A stretch of 64,000 nt of DNA from an uncultured Mycoplasmatota bacterium (GCA_946497955.1 CAMMMH010000001.1:5147-69146), one strand, 5' to 3'. Positions 41,230 to 52,245 are shown, numbered from the stretch's first letter. Made by a program: numbers and translations. The notes: generated from the sequence alone by a model not told the origin.

Positions 41230-42414
41230 TTATTTAGCCTTTCTAATTAATCTTATCATAGAATAAGGAATAAATCTTGTATCAAATGGTAATTTTAATA
41301 TTTCTTCAGGATGTCTTGCAACATCTATTTTCTCATTATCTTCATTATAGATAACCTCTATTTTATAAGGATAAATCTCTCCTGTTGGTGTAAATATCTC
41401 TACTTCATTACCGACTTTAAAGTAGTTACGTTCTTTTAAGATGATAGACTTCATTTCTTCATCATAACCTATTATAAGTCCTAAATACTCTTGATTAGAT
41501 ACTTCTTGTCTACCTGTATAATATTGGTCAGTTACATCTGCTAAATGATTAAAGTATTGACTAGTTGTATCACGATTAGCGACAGAGTCAAGACGTTTCT
41601 CATACTCAAGTAATTTCTCATCAGTTAAAGTGCCATTATAAATACTATCTATTAAAAATCTATAACTACCAATAACAGTAGCAAGGTAATAAAGGCTTCG
41701 CATTCTTCCTTCTACTTTTAGGGAACTAACACCAATATCTATTAAGTCTTTAATGTAGCTTGCCATATTTAAGTCTTTTGTAGCAAGAGTAAATTTATCA
41801 TTATCTTTATAATCAAAGGCAAAACGACATACTTGAGCACATCCACCTCTATTAGCATCACGATTAGTAACATAATTAGATAAAGCACATCTACCACTAA
41901 AACAAGTACACATGGCACCATGAATAAAGACTTCTGTTTCTAGATTAGAAATACTTGATATTTCTTTTATCTCATCACGAGATAACTCTCTTGCAAGAAC
42001 AACTCTACTTGCTCCTAAGTCTCTATAAAACATTGCACTGCTTATATTAGTAATAGAGTCTTGTGTTGAGATATGAACTTCTACTTTTTTATAATTGTCT
42101 ATAATATATTTTGCAAGATATAAATCACTAACAATAAAAGCATCAATACCTGCTTCTATAACTTCTTTAATGTATTCTTCCATACCTACTCTATCTTTAT
42201 CATGAAAAACAATATTAGCAGTCAAATATACTTTTTTACCTAAATTATGAGCGAAAGTACATCCTTCTTTTAATTCATCTAAACTAAAATTAGTAGCATT
42301 CGCTCTTAAACTTAGTTTTTCTCCTCCTACATAAACTGCATCAGCACCGTATAATAAGACTACTTTAAGTCTTTCTAAATCCCCTGCTGGTGCTAGTAAC
42401 TCTATTTTTTTCAT
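41230..42414 (-). CDS. peptidase U32 family protein (collagenase-like / YhbU-type)
   Basis: TIM-barrel U32 signature region E..GAMCTCFSGRC and C-terminal DUF3656-like extension. Confidence 0.75.
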   Translation of the reverse strand: MKKIELLAPAGDLERLKVVLLYGADAVYVGGEKLSLRANATNFSLDELKEGCTFAHNLGKKVYLTANIVFHDKDRVGMEEYIKEVIEAGIDAFIVSDLYLAKYIIDNYKKVEVHISTQDSITNISSAMFYRDLGASRVVLARELSRDEIKEISSISNLETEVFIHGAMCTCFSGRCALSNYVTNRDANRGGCAQVCRFAFDYKDNDKFTLATKDLNMASYIKDLIDIGVSSLKVEGRMRSLYYLATVIGSYRFLIDSIYNGTLTDEKLLEYEKRLDSVANRDTTSQYFNHLADVTDQYYTGRQEVSNQEYLGLIIGYDEEMKSIILKERNYFKVGNEVEIFTPTGEIYPYKIEVIYNEDNEKIDVARHPEEILKLPFDTRFIPYSMIRLIRKAK

Positions 42415-42433
42415 AACATCACTACTTTCTTAT

Positions 42434-43036
42434 TTATATATGACTTGCAATAAATTCCACAACATCATCTTCATTTACTTCTAGTAACTTCATATCTTCA
42501 TCTGTAACATCCGTAAAATATTTATCAAGTTTTTTATATTTAGATATAGAGTTTAAGGGGTATCCTGGATTAATCTTATCACTAGGATTATCTACCATAT
42601 AAAAATCATCTTTAGACCAACTATATGTAGCTTTCTCACCCTTTTCATTAATAACTGCTAAACCATATACCCATTTACAATTAATTTTCCCGTCTTTTCC
42701 ATATTCTTTTACTAAATTCGTATAATAGTCAATGGCTTCTTCATCAGTTAGGCTCCTACCATTAACACGTCTAACAAATAAGCCTGGCTGTTTATTTTCT
42801 GGAACACCTTCCATATATAGTGTATCATCCATACCCATACAAGGCTTTTTTGTAAGTCTATAACACTCTCTTGCTTTTATTAAAGCATTTTCTATAGCAG
42901 TAGTTCCATCTTCTTCTATATCTAATTTCATATCTATATCTTTTAAAGATAATACTTCTATTCCATGTTCTTTTAATCCCTTACTGAATCTCTTTGCTTT
43001 AGATTCATTAGTTGTTGCAAATATAATTTGTTTCAT
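42434..43036 (-). CDS. Ham1/RdgB-like nucleoside triphosphate pyrophosphatase family protein (divergent C-terminus)
   Basis: IIFATTNESKAKRF and TAIENALIKARE...MDDTLYMEGVP resemble Maf/Ham1 motifs. Confidence 0.45.
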   Translation of the reverse strand: MKQIIFATTNESKAKRFSKGLKEHGIEVLSLKDIDMKLDIEEDGTTAIENALIKARECYRLTKKPCMGMDDTLYMEGVPENKQPGLFVRRVNGRSLTDEEAIDYYTNLVKEYGKDGKINCKWVYGLAVINEKGEKATYSWSKDDFYMVDNPSDKINPGYPLNSISKYKKLDKYFTDVTDEDMKLLEVNEDDVVEFIASHI

Positions 43037-43048
43037 AAATACTCCCTC

Positions 43049-43915
43049 CTACTTTACTTTATAAATAGTCTCTCTATATAAGAACCCTCTATTATGTCCT
43101 GCTAATTCGTCTATTGTTGGCTTATTAAAATTTACAAAAGCATTTATTAGTTCTTTATACTGATTACCATCATAGTCACCTTGCTCTATAATTCCATAAT
43201 TAATACCAGAGTCTTTTAATTCTTTATAAACACTGCTTAAATTAAGTCTCTTGTTATAAAAGAAAGTTGTCCCATTACTATCTTCTTTAACTAAGAACTC
43301 CTGTCCACTTTTAGGCTCTTTAATAGTAATTAAGTCACTCTTACTTTTATTTTTATTTGCAAAATAACTAGTAAGTAAACTTCTTCTAGACATAGCGACT
43401 ACTGGATTACCAAGTAGTAAAATAAATAAATCACTTTTAGTCTTACTTCTTATCTTAAGTATTTCCTCTTTAGTTATTTCATTAGATAGATATGCTCCCC
43501 TTACTCCTAAATCATAATATAAATTAATAGTATCACTATTAGTAACCATATGAGTTCCATTATAGATTAAATTAACGTTTATCTTATGTTTTTTGACTAG
43601 ATTGAGGACTGCTAAATCATAGAAGAAAACTCCATCTACTTTTATATTTTCTAGTTCTTTTAATACCTTAAGTAAATTATCTAACTCATTATTAAATATC
43701 ATCTTATTTATAACAACAAAGCATAGCTTATCAGTATTTTTCTTATATTCTTTTATATCAGAAATATTATAATATTTAAAATAATCAACAGAAAAGTTTT
43801 CTAATGGTAAGATAAGTCCATCTAAGCCATTATCTAAGTATTCTAAATAATTATCATCTCTTATTAAACCTAATAAATTCATAATATCAGTCCTTTTCGT
43901 TACATATTTTATCAC
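43049..43915 (-). CDS. peptidase U32 family protein (second, YhbV-type)
   Basis: U32 TIM-barrel region; paired with the larger U32 gene. Confidence 0.65.
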   Translation of the reverse strand: MIKYVTKRTDIMNLLGLIRDDNYLEYLDNGLDGLILPLENFSVDYFKYYNISDIKEYKKNTDKLCFVVINKMIFNNELDNLLKVLKELENIKVDGVFFYDLAVLNLVKKHKINVNLIYNGTHMVTNSDTINLYYDLGVRGAYLSNEITKEEILKIRSKTKSDLFILLLGNPVVAMSRRSLLTSYFANKNKSKSDLITIKEPKSGQEFLVKEDSNGTTFFYNKRLNLSSVYKELKDSGINYGIIEQGDYDGNQYKELINAFVNFNKPTIDELAGHNRGFLYRETIYKVK

Positions 43916-43959
43916 AAATAAGAGTAAAGAAAAAGAGACATCATTAAGAAATCCCTTTA

Positions 43960-46248
43960 TTATTCTTCTGTTGGTTCATCTAACTTAACAAGTACTTCTC
44001 TAGGTTTAGAACCATTAGGAGGTCCAATAATACCTCTCTCTTCTAATAAATCAATAATACGCGCTGCTCTATTATAACCAAGTTTAAATCTTCTTTGTAA
44101 TAGTGAGGCACTAGCTTTTTGAGTCTCTATAACAAACTCTACTATTTCATTATATAAAGGATCATCATATTCTTCCTCTTGTCTCATATCTTCTTTTTGT
44201 GAGGCACTCTTTTCACTATCACCTTTTAAATCCATAAAGGCTTGGTCATACTCGGCTTTTTGTTGTTCAATAGTATAATCAATAATTCTTTTAATCTCAT
44301 CATCTGAAATAAAAGCACCTTGAATACGTTCTGGATCTGCTTCTCCCATTGGTAAGAATAACATGTCACCTTTACCAAGTAGTTTTTCTGCTCCTGTCAT
44401 ATCAAGGATTGTTCTTGAATCTATACTACTAGATACGGCAAAGGAAATACGGCTTGGAATATTCGCTTTTACAACACCTGTAATTACATCTGTTGATGGC
44501 CTTTGAGTAGCGATAATTAAGTGAATTCCAGCAGCACGAGCCATCTGTGTAATTCTCATAATAGATGCTTCTACATCTTTACTTGCAACTAACATAAGGT
44601 CTGCTAACTCATCTATTATTACCACGATAAATGGCATTTTCTTCATTTGTTCATCTTGAGGTAGAGTCTTATTCATCTTTTCTACATAATCATTATAAGT
44701 TGCAATGTTTTTAGTCTTAGTTTCACTAAATGTATCATAACGTCTTTCCATCTCAGATACGATTTTAGCAAGGGCAACTGAGGCTTCTTTAGGGTCAGTT
44801 ACAACAGGTCTCATTAAATGAGGAACACCATTATAACCTGAAAGTTCAACCTTTTTAGGGTCAACCATAACAAGTTTAACTTCATCAGGTTTAGCCCTCA
44901 TTAAAATAGAACAAATAATACCATTAATACAAACAGATTTACCTGAACCAGTAGAACCTGCTACTAAAAGGTGGGGTGTTTTATTAATCTCACACCAAAT
45001 AACATTACCCATAATATTTTTACCTAAAGGACAAAGTAATTTAGAACCATCAAGTGATTTAGGCACTTTTTCTAATACTTCTCTAAATGATACAGAAGAT
45101 GTTTCTTTATTAGCAATTTCTATACCTACAGTATTTTTACCAGGAATAGGAGCTTGTATTCTAACGTCCTTAGTTGCAATGGCTAAAGCTATTTCTCTAT
45201 GTATTGATAAAAGTTTACTAACCTTAGTACCAGAGTGTAATTCTAACTCATACTGGGTAACAGTAGGACCAATATGTACTTCTACTACTTTACCAATAAT
45301 ATTAAAGTCTTTTAATACTTTCTCAAGTATTTCTATATTCTTTTCAATTAAACTCTGATTAACACTATTTTTCTTTTTCTTAGGCTGGTCTAATAAAGTA
45401 ATAGGTGGCAACACATAATTATGTTTAACAGTAACTTTATTTTCATCTACTACATTTACTTCACTAACCCCACTATTTTCTTCTTTAGGAACATCTTCAT
45501 GAACTTTCGCTTTAGTAAGCTCATCTATACTAGATATAACAATTTTCTTATCATCATCTTTTATCTCACCAAGCACAGGTTGTTCTTCATTTCCTGTTAT
45601 AATAGGTTTCTTAGTACTAACCTCTTCTTCATCATCACTACTACTCTTATCCCTCTTAGGAAACTTCTCTTTAGCAGCTTTAGCTTTATCTTTAACAAAG
45701 TCAACAATCGAAAAGCCAGTAAATAGTGAAAATCCTATAATAATTAAAGTCCAAGCGATTATCTGCATTCCTCTATATGAGAATAACATCATAAACAAGA
45801 CCCCAAAGGTACAACCAATAATACCTCCCCCAATAGCATTAGGTCTTGCCCCTTTCATAACATCTGAAAAAGAGTTAATTAACTGATTAGTAGTTTCACT
45901 AAAGACTTTAACAGCATTACTATCATTTTGTAAGATAAAGTTTTCATGCATTAAAACTAATACCCCTATTAATAAAAGATATATACCTAACATTTTAGTA
46001 GTAAATAAATTAGGCCAACTTCTATTTATAATTAAATATGCTCCAAGTATTAAAAGAACTACTAATAAAGGATTATATAATACTCCTACAAGAAATATTG
46101 CAAAGGATGCAATCATATTACCAACAGGACCATATCTACCAATCCCAAGTATCGCTGCTAAAACAAGTAACACTCCATATAATTCTGTTGAATGAGCGAA
46201 TCCTTTCTTAGTTTCCTTCTTTTTCTTTCTTTTTGCCATAACTACCAC
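43960..46248 (-). CDS. ftsK: DNA translocase FtsK/SpoIIIE
   Basis: N-terminal 4-TM, linker, motor domain (AGSTGSGKS Walker A) and C-terminal gamma wHTH. Confidence 0.9.
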   Translation of the reverse strand: MVVMAKRKKKKETKKGFAHSTELYGVLLVLAAILGIGRYGPVGNMIASFAIFLVGVLYNPLLVVLLILGAYLIINRSWPNLFTTKMLGIYLLLIGVLVLMHENFILQNDSNAVKVFSETTNQLINSFSDVMKGARPNAIGGGIIGCTFGVLFMMLFSYRGMQIIAWTLIIIGFSLFTGFSIVDFVKDKAKAAKEKFPKRDKSSSDDEEEVSTKKPIITGNEEQPVLGEIKDDDKKIVISSIDELTKAKVHEDVPKEENSGVSEVNVVDENKVTVKHNYVLPPITLLDQPKKKKNSVNQSLIEKNIEILEKVLKDFNIIGKVVEVHIGPTVTQYELELHSGTKVSKLLSIHREIALAIATKDVRIQAPIPGKNTVGIEIANKETSSVSFREVLEKVPKSLDGSKLLCPLGKNIMGNVIWCEINKTPHLLVAGSTGSGKSVCINGIICSILMRAKPDEVKLVMVDPKKVELSGYNGVPHLMRPVVTDPKEASVALAKIVSEMERRYDTFSETKTKNIATYNDYVEKMNKTLPQDEQMKKMPFIVVIIDELADLMLVASKDVEASIMRITQMARAAGIHLIIATQRPSTDVITGVVKANIPSRISFAVSSSIDSRTILDMTGAEKLLGKGDMLFLPMGEADPERIQGAFISDDEIKRIIDYTIEQQKAEYDQAFMDLKGDSEKSASQKEDMRQEEEYDDPLYNEIVEFVIETQKASASLLQRRFKLGYNRAARIIDLLEERGIIGPPNGSKPREVLVKLDEPTEE

Positions 46249-46325
46249 TCTCTTTCGTATCTTTACTACTCAAGTATAACAAAACTAAAGAATAATTTAA
46301 AGAGATTGTCACTCATTTGACACTT

Positions 46326-47384
46326 TTATTTTATATGATTATTTTCCTTTTGTACTTCTAAAACATCATTTACTTCTTTTTTATAACAATCAGATAATTT
46401 TTCAATATTATTAGCATTAACTTTAAAGTTACCATCTTCTATTACTGGTATCTCCAATTTTTCTAAGGCTTTCAAATCATCTAAAGATGTCATATCAGTA
46501 TGTCTTAATATCTCTATTAAGTAAAATAATCTATCTTTATAACTTTCATCCTTAGTTATACTATCGTGAAAGTAACTTGCTAATACTGTGCCTATTACAT
46601 ATCTTTGTCTATATGAAAATTGTAAATGTCCTTTCGATACAATATCATCTAAATATTTTTTAGAATTATGGAAAAAAAGTTCATAAAGTTTTGAGTCCTT
46701 AGGAAGAGAGTTTAAATAATTTAACAAAATCTCTTCATTTAACCTACCATTATTTTCTTTATATAATTTTAATAAAGTATGTTCAAATATTACTGCTGTT
46801 GCATCATCATAAGTTTCCTTTAATCTATTAGTTTTTCTAATCTTTATTTCGTCTTTATCATAACCAGAACTTTCTAAAAGATAATCTTCTAATAAAAACT
46901 CTATGGTAAGGGTAGTACTTTCACATAAAAACTGTTTTATTGTACTATCTTTATATTTTTGTTTACTAAATTTATGAGTAAACTCATGACTGATATTAAA
47001 AGCATCTGCTAGTGTTTCAGAATAATCTATATGAAGAGACCCATCATCTCTTACCTCACTTCTATCTATCCTAGGAGAATCTATTTTATTAAAGTTTACT
47101 ATATTACAGGCTTTTCCATCATAAATGTCTTTCTCTTTTAAAAGCTTTAAAAATCTTGAGGCATATTCTCCATTTATTTTAGAAAAAAAGTTTGTAACTA
47201 TATCTATAGAATTATCTAATGGTACATTAGTAGAATAATCATCTACAACTAAATCTTTCGTATTTTCTATGATAATACTAGCAAGTTTCACTACTTCATC
47301 TAAATATTGTAAATGATATTTTAATCTTTCATCTTCTAATGTATTCTTAATCGCTAAATTTAATTTATCATAGTACTCCATCAT
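46326..47384 (-). CDS. putative HExxH zinc metallopeptidase (M3-like, short)
   Basis: HEFTHKF HExxH motif in alpha-rich protein. Confidence 0.4.
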   Translation of the reverse strand: MMEYYDKLNLAIKNTLEDERLKYHLQYLDEVVKLASIIIENTKDLVVDDYSTNVPLDNSIDIVTNFFSKINGEYASRFLKLLKEKDIYDGKACNIVNFNKIDSPRIDRSEVRDDGSLHIDYSETLADAFNISHEFTHKFSKQKYKDSTIKQFLCESTTLTIEFLLEDYLLESSGYDKDEIKIRKTNRLKETYDDATAVIFEHTLLKLYKENNGRLNEEILLNYLNSLPKDSKLYELFFHNSKKYLDDIVSKGHLQFSYRQRYVIGTVLASYFHDSITKDESYKDRLFYLIEILRHTDMTSLDDLKALEKLEIPVIEDGNFKVNANNIEKLSDCYKKEVNDVLEVQKENNHIK

Positions 47385-47402
47385 TACACTTCCTATTTTT
47401 TC

Positions 47403-47618
47403 TTATCTTTTTACAGTTACATATCTTTGATTACTAGCATTGCGTTTTTTATTAGTATATTCTAGTTTATTGCAATCAACAAGTGGCTTTAATATTTTAT
47501 AGGCAACATATCTTTTTGAGGAAATATCTAAATAATTTCTAATTTCTTTAGCAGTTTTTGGTTCCTTACAAAACTCTAATACATTATTAAATATTTCACT
47601 TTGTGTATCACTTTCCAT
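47403..47618 (-). CDS. small winged-helix/HTH-like protein
   Basis: 71-aa; AKEIRNYLDISSKRYVAYKIL resembles a DNA-binding HTH. The frame stays open upstream through the 12-bp tandem repeats. Confidence 0.4.
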   Translation of the reverse strand: MESDTQSEIFNNVLEFCKEPKTAKEIRNYLDISSKRYVAYKILKPLVDCNKLEYTNKKRNASNQRYVTVKR

Positions 47619-47650
47619 ATTATATATAGTGTTTATTATATTTTGTTGTC

Positions 47651-47698
47651 CACTTACTTGTTCACTTACTTGTTCACTTACTTGTTCACTTACTTGTT
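47651..47698. repeat. four perfect tandem copies of 12-bp cacttacttgtt (plus degenerate flanks) immediately upstream of the small HTH gene
   Basis: Directly visible; reads as (QVSE)n in-frame with the downstream ORF on the minus strand. Confidence 0.9.
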
Positions 47699-47713
47699 CA
47701 CTAACACTTCTTA

Positions 47714-48670
47714 TTAAAAGAATAACATATATACATAATAAAGGACAAATACTATTAACATAATAGTTCCTTCTTTTTTACTAACTTCTCTTTCACTTCT
47801 TGCAAAGACAAATAAAAGAAATGACGATAAGAATACTGCAAGGATATCAATAAAGCCAAAGCCTTCTAGAACAATATTACCAAAAATAAGAATAGGTAAT
47901 CCTAAAACTATGCATATATTAAAGATATTAGTACCAATAATATTTCCAATAGCCATATCAAACTCACCTTTTCTAGCACTAATTACAGTCATAATCATCT
48001 CAGGTAAGCTTGTTCCTATTACAATAGCAGTCATAGTGATGGCTTTCTCACTTATATTTAAAGCACTTGCAATATTTTTAGCCGAATTTACAATTAAATC
48101 ACTACTATAAATTATTAAAAGAATTGTAATTAATAAAAGTACACATGAAATAAGAGAAGAATATTTACCTTTTTCTATATCTTCATCTTTTTTACTTCTT
48201 TTAAATAACATTCCCACTAAATAAAGTACAAACATACAAAATAATAATATTAATACTAAACTATCACGTCTTGAAAAAGTATTAGGTGTTAAAGGATTAA
48301 AAACTGCATCTAACATAAGAATAGAAAAGACTGTTGTAACAATTAATAGCAAAGGTAATTCTTTTTTAACAGTAGCATGTCTTACTTTAATAGGTCTTAT
48401 AAAACTTGCAAGTCCTATAATTAAGAAAACATTTACAATACAACTACCTATAACATTGGCAAAAGCCATTACTCCATCACCATTAGCAACACTTCTAAAA
48501 GAAATAGCAACCTCAGGAGCACAAGTTCCAAAAGAGACTATAGTAAGAGCAATTAACATCTTAGGAACTCTTAACTTTAAAGCTAAAGATGAAGCTGCAT
48601 CTACTAAAACATCTGATGATTTTACAATAATAACAAAACCCACTAATAAAAGAACTATATCTAAAAGCAT
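47714..48670 (-). CDS. CaCA family sodium/calcium exchanger (YrbG-like)
   Basis: Two alpha-repeats (GTCAPE / GTSLPE) in a 10-TM protein. Confidence 0.8.
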   Translation of the reverse strand: MLLDIVLLLVGFVIIVKSSDVLVDAASSLALKLRVPKMLIALTIVSFGTCAPEVAISFRSVANGDGVMAFANVIGSCIVNVFLIIGLASFIRPIKVRHATVKKELPLLLIVTTVFSILMLDAVFNPLTPNTFSRRDSLVLILLFCMFVLYLVGMLFKRSKKDEDIEKGKYSSLISCVLLLITILLIIYSSDLIVNSAKNIASALNISEKAITMTAIVIGTSLPEMIMTVISARKGEFDMAIGNIIGTNIFNICIVLGLPILIFGNIVLEGFGFIDILAVFLSSFLLFVFARSEREVSKKEGTIMLIVFVLYYVYMLFF

Positions 48671-48812
48671 AACAACACTTTCCTTTCCATCTATAATATT
48701 AGTATATATTATTTAAGAAGTTACTTCAAATAAAAGGACATCTAGTTTACACTAATATTATTAACAGAAAAAATGATTTTACTAAAAAAGAGTAATGCTT
48801 TACTTCACTACT

Positions 48813-49835
48813 CTATCTAGTCAAAATCTTATTCTTATCATCAAATTCATCTATTGTATCATCGACTATTCCCAATACTTCATTAAAGGCTCTTATATTA
48901 CTATTTACATCATGATGAGATTTAATACTATAACTTTTAATATCTAATACATCTTCTACTTTTTTTTGGGAAGAAGTATAAACCATGCCATCTGATTTAC
49001 CATCAAAAAACCTCTTATCAAAAAGGCATAAAGCAATACCATACAAATTACCTGTAATAATCGCTTCTTTTCTAACTTCACTATCAATACTTGTTAGTAT
49101 ATTTTTAAAACTATTTAATCTTTTAACCGCTTCCACATTATCAGTACAAAATACATTTTTAATAAAATTCTCATCATAAAGATGTATTCTTTCATCAGGA
49201 ATACCTCCAGGTATAGCGATATCATAATCCATATGAGAATTACTACTTTTTTTCTCATATACATTTTTAACTAAAATATTGCAAACAATATCACTTTTAA
49301 AAACTCTTTTAATTTCTGGATAAAATATTTTAGGAGAAGCAAACTTAGTTCCTTCATAAGGGGAAGCTATATTATAAACATTTGTCTTTTTAAAAGTTTC
49401 TCTATTTTTAAAGAATCTAGGAACATAAAAGTTCATAACACTACATTTAGATAAGCCAACTATATTAACTGAATTAGTATCAGGAAGAGATGCTAAGTAA
49501 TCAACATAATTTGCAAACAATTTAGCATCTTCAATAATAGGTGCATCTGCATCCATCAAGAATAATTTAATACCATAGTTACCATTACATCTTTCATAAT
49601 GACTAATAACATTATCTATTCTAACTTCTGTTTCCTTAATTGTAGAAAAATCTTTGGAATGGTCCTCTACTCTAGATCCTTGATCAATTATAATATAGTT
49701 AATCTTACCATTGTCATTAATTATTCTTTTATAACTAGCAATTGCAAAACTTCTACCTATATCTTTTAAATTATCACTCTGTGTCCATTCATTCTTTTCT
49801 AAATCCCATTTAGCAAAAATATCTATTGCTCCCAT
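48813..49835 (-). CDS. hypothetical protein
   Basis: 340-aa ORF. Confidence 0.4.
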   Translation of the reverse strand: MGAIDIFAKWDLEKNEWTQSDNLKDIGRSFAIASYKRIINDNGKINYIIIDQGSRVEDHSKDFSTIKETEVRIDNVISHYERCNGNYGIKLFLMDADAPIIEDAKLFANYVDYLASLPDTNSVNIVGLSKCSVMNFYVPRFFKNRETFKKTNVYNIASPYEGTKFASPKIFYPEIKRVFKSDIVCNILVKNVYEKKSSNSHMDYDIAIPGGIPDERIHLYDENFIKNVFCTDNVEAVKRLNSFKNILTSIDSEVRKEAIITGNLYGIALCLFDKRFFDGKSDGMVYTSSQKKVEDVLDIKSYSIKSHHDVNSNIRAFNEVLGIVDDTIDEFDDKNKILTR

Positions 49836-49897
49836 AGCTTTCCCTCTTTCTTAGCTACATATTATATCATATAAATAACATAAAGTAAATAATACTA

Positions 49898-50539
49898 TCA
49901 TTTCATTAAACTATTATATAAATTATTAGCATTAGTAAAATCTGCTATCATCAAAAAGTTATCTATGTAGTTACCTTTTTCATTCTTATAGTTTAAATAA
50001 TAAGCATGTTCCCACATATCCATATTAAATAATGGAATAAATCCAAAAGACTGTGGTAGTTCTTGATTAGATAGATTTATAACGTCTAGAGAACCATCAT
50101 CAGTTACGACTAAAAAAGTATAACCAGAACCTTTTAAACTCATGGCTTTATTCTTAAATTCTAAAAAGAATTTATCTATACTTCCATACTTTTTATCTAT
50201 ATCTTCTTTTAACTTTCCACTTGGTAAAACTCTATTAGGACTCATACTCTTCCAGTATAAGTTATGATTTAAGACACCACCTAAATTATATAGAATATCT
50301 ATTCTATCACTTTCATTAAATTCATCAATATGATAGAATAACTCATCTATATCATAACGATAATCAAAATTATTTTTTAATAACAAAAGATTTAATTTAT
50401 TTAAATAATTCTGTTCATGTTTATGATAATGAAGTCCCATTGTATGAGTATCAATATAGGGCTCTAAATCTTGAAACAAATAAGGTAATACAGGTAATTT
50501 ATACATAAAACTCAACTCCCATAATAGTTTATGTAACAA
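49898..50539 (-). CDS. sodA: Fe/Mn superoxide dismutase
   Basis: HYHKHEQNY and DMWEHAYY metal-ligand motifs. Confidence 0.85.
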   Translation of the reverse strand: MLHKLLWELSFMYKLPVLPYLFQDLEPYIDTHTMGLHYHKHEQNYLNKLNLLLLKNNFDYRYDIDELFYHIDEFNESDRIDILYNLGGVLNHNLYWKSMSPNRVLPSGKLKEDIDKKYGSIDKFFLEFKNKAMSLKGSGYTFLVVTDDGSLDVINLSNQELPQSFGFIPLFNMDMWEHAYYLNYKNEKGNYIDNFLMIADFTNANNLYNSLMK

Positions 50540-50592
50540 ATATCTAAAAGTTAAAACTCGAGCTATTAAAACTCGAGTCTCTATTATTTTTA

Positions 50593-51447
50593 CTATTGTC
50601 TTGGACCTTTTCTCTTATTAACCATATTTTTTATAAACTCATACATCTTGTCTGCCGTATCATCTTTTTCTATTTCAAAAACCTCATTTATACTTATATT
50701 GGTATTAAATTTTATATATTGATCAAAAGCTGAAGCTCCTTTACCTGCTAAAAGAGCAAATTTTACTTCTACATATCTATTATCTATAACGCTTTTGAAT
50801 TGACACATAGAATTAGGTGTACAAACAACAGATCTTACCTGTTCAATTATATCTTTTTTATCTACACTTGCTATCATACCATCTTCTTTCTGTCTAACTT
50901 TAGCAGGTTTCATAGCAGGTAATTCTAATAGTTTATGAATAAACTCACCAATAAGTAAATTTTCTAGTGTTTCTCTTATCTCATAATCAGTAGAAAATAA
51001 TATAGGGTTAATAGGATCATACTTTAATTCATCAGTAAGTTCTTTATGCATCTTTACTTTTTCACTTTGACTTCTACTAATTAAAGTGAAAGCAAACATC
51101 TCTAAGTCTGATAATGTATCAGGATACTTCTTTAATTGTTCCATTTTATATTGTTTAAAACTAGGATCTTCATCTAATAATTTTCTAAATCCATCAACTA
51201 ACTCTACTGCTGCTTCTTCAGTACTTTCACCTTTACTTTCAAGGAATCTCTTAAACATCCCATTATTACCATATCTTAAAAGTTCTTCTAAAGCATATAT
51301 CTGTAGAATAGATAAACGTCCTATTTCATTATCATATAAATCTTGAACTTCATTTCTAAATTCTTCATCACTATTATACTTCATTATAAATTCATTAACC
51401 GCTTGTTCTTGCTTTTCATTAAATTTCATTATAAACATCCCCTTCAA
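50593..51447 (-). CDS. hypothetical protein
   Basis: 284-aa ORF. Confidence 0.4.
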   Translation of the reverse strand: MKGMFIMKFNEKQEQAVNEFIMKYNSDEEFRNEVQDLYDNEIGRLSILQIYALEELLRYGNNGMFKRFLESKGESTEEAAVELVDGFRKLLDEDPSFKQYKMEQLKKYPDTLSDLEMFAFTLISRSQSEKVKMHKELTDELKYDPINPILFSTDYEIRETLENLLIGEFIHKLLELPAMKPAKVRQKEDGMIASVDKKDIIEQVRSVVCTPNSMCQFKSVIDNRYVEVKFALLAGKGASAFDQYIKFNTNISINEVFEIEKDDTADKMYEFIKNMVNKRKGPRQ

Positions 51448-51554
51448 TAATTGTTCTTTATTATAACATTTTGTCTTAAAAAGTCAAATTTAACCTAAAG
51501 CAATTTAAATATATAACTTTTTTTGATAGAATATTATTAAAGGAGTTAAGAGTC

Positions 51555-52184
51555 ATGAAGAAGTATAAAGATTATTTAAATAAGGATCATAATTTTGATA
51601 AAAAAACTATGTTAGGAATATTTTGTTTAATAATAGTAATATCAGGAATGTTTGGATGGCTCTATGAAGTAGTATTTTATTATTTTAATAGTGGAATGAC
51701 TGAAATATATTGGCGTGGAGGTAATTTCTTACCTTGGATAAATATTTATGCTATGGGTGCTATTTTAATATATGTTTTAACTTATAAGAAAAGAAAAAAT
51801 CCTTTATTTGTATTTATAGTAAGTATAATCTCTACTGGAATACTTGAATATATTGGAGGATTCTTTATGGAGCATATAATGCAGATAAAGTGTTGGGACT
51901 ATAATACTGAAATATTAAGTTTTGGTAGTATTAATGGTTATGTCTGCATAAGAAGTGTTTTAGTCTTTGGAATCTCTGCTTTACTATTAATGTATATAAT
52001 AGTACCATTTTGTTTTTATCTAGCCAAAAAGATGCCTAGAAAAACATTTTTAATATTCAGTTATACAATCTGTGGCATTTTCTTATTCGATGAACTTTAT
52101 AATTTAATATTTGCAAATCTTTTAAATCTACCTAGAGCATCAGAAGTTTATAAAGAATTAGGATTTAAATTTTTATATTTTTAA
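51555..52184 (+). CDS. integral membrane protein (about 5 TM), unknown function
   Basis: AAAGGAG RBS; hydrophobic segments. Confidence 0.5.
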   Translation: MKKYKDYLNKDHNFDKKTMLGIFCLIIVISGMFGWLYEVVFYYFNSGMTEIYWRGGNFLPWINIYAMGAILIYVLTYKKRKNPLFVFIVSIISTGILEYIGGFFMEHIMQIKCWDYNTEILSFGSINGYVCIRSVLVFGISALLLMYIIVPFCFYLAKKMPRKTFLIFSYTICGIFLFDELYNLIFANLLNLPRASEVYKELGFKFLYF

Positions 52185-52245
52185 ACAAAATAAAAGATAC
52201 ATTTAAACTTTATACTTAATGTATCTTTTTTCATTTATAAATAAC

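Noticed and set aside
45421-45726. + strand 101-aa ORF inside ftsK
   Set aside because: Antisense to a well-supported FtsK motor domain; F/I/N-rich junk composition
50545-50590. Possible att site or IS end at the direct repeat taaaactcgag x2
   Set aside because: It contains self-complementary ctcgag and sits exactly between two convergent or tandem gene ends with T-rich flanks; more simply explained as an intergenic terminator-like hairpin
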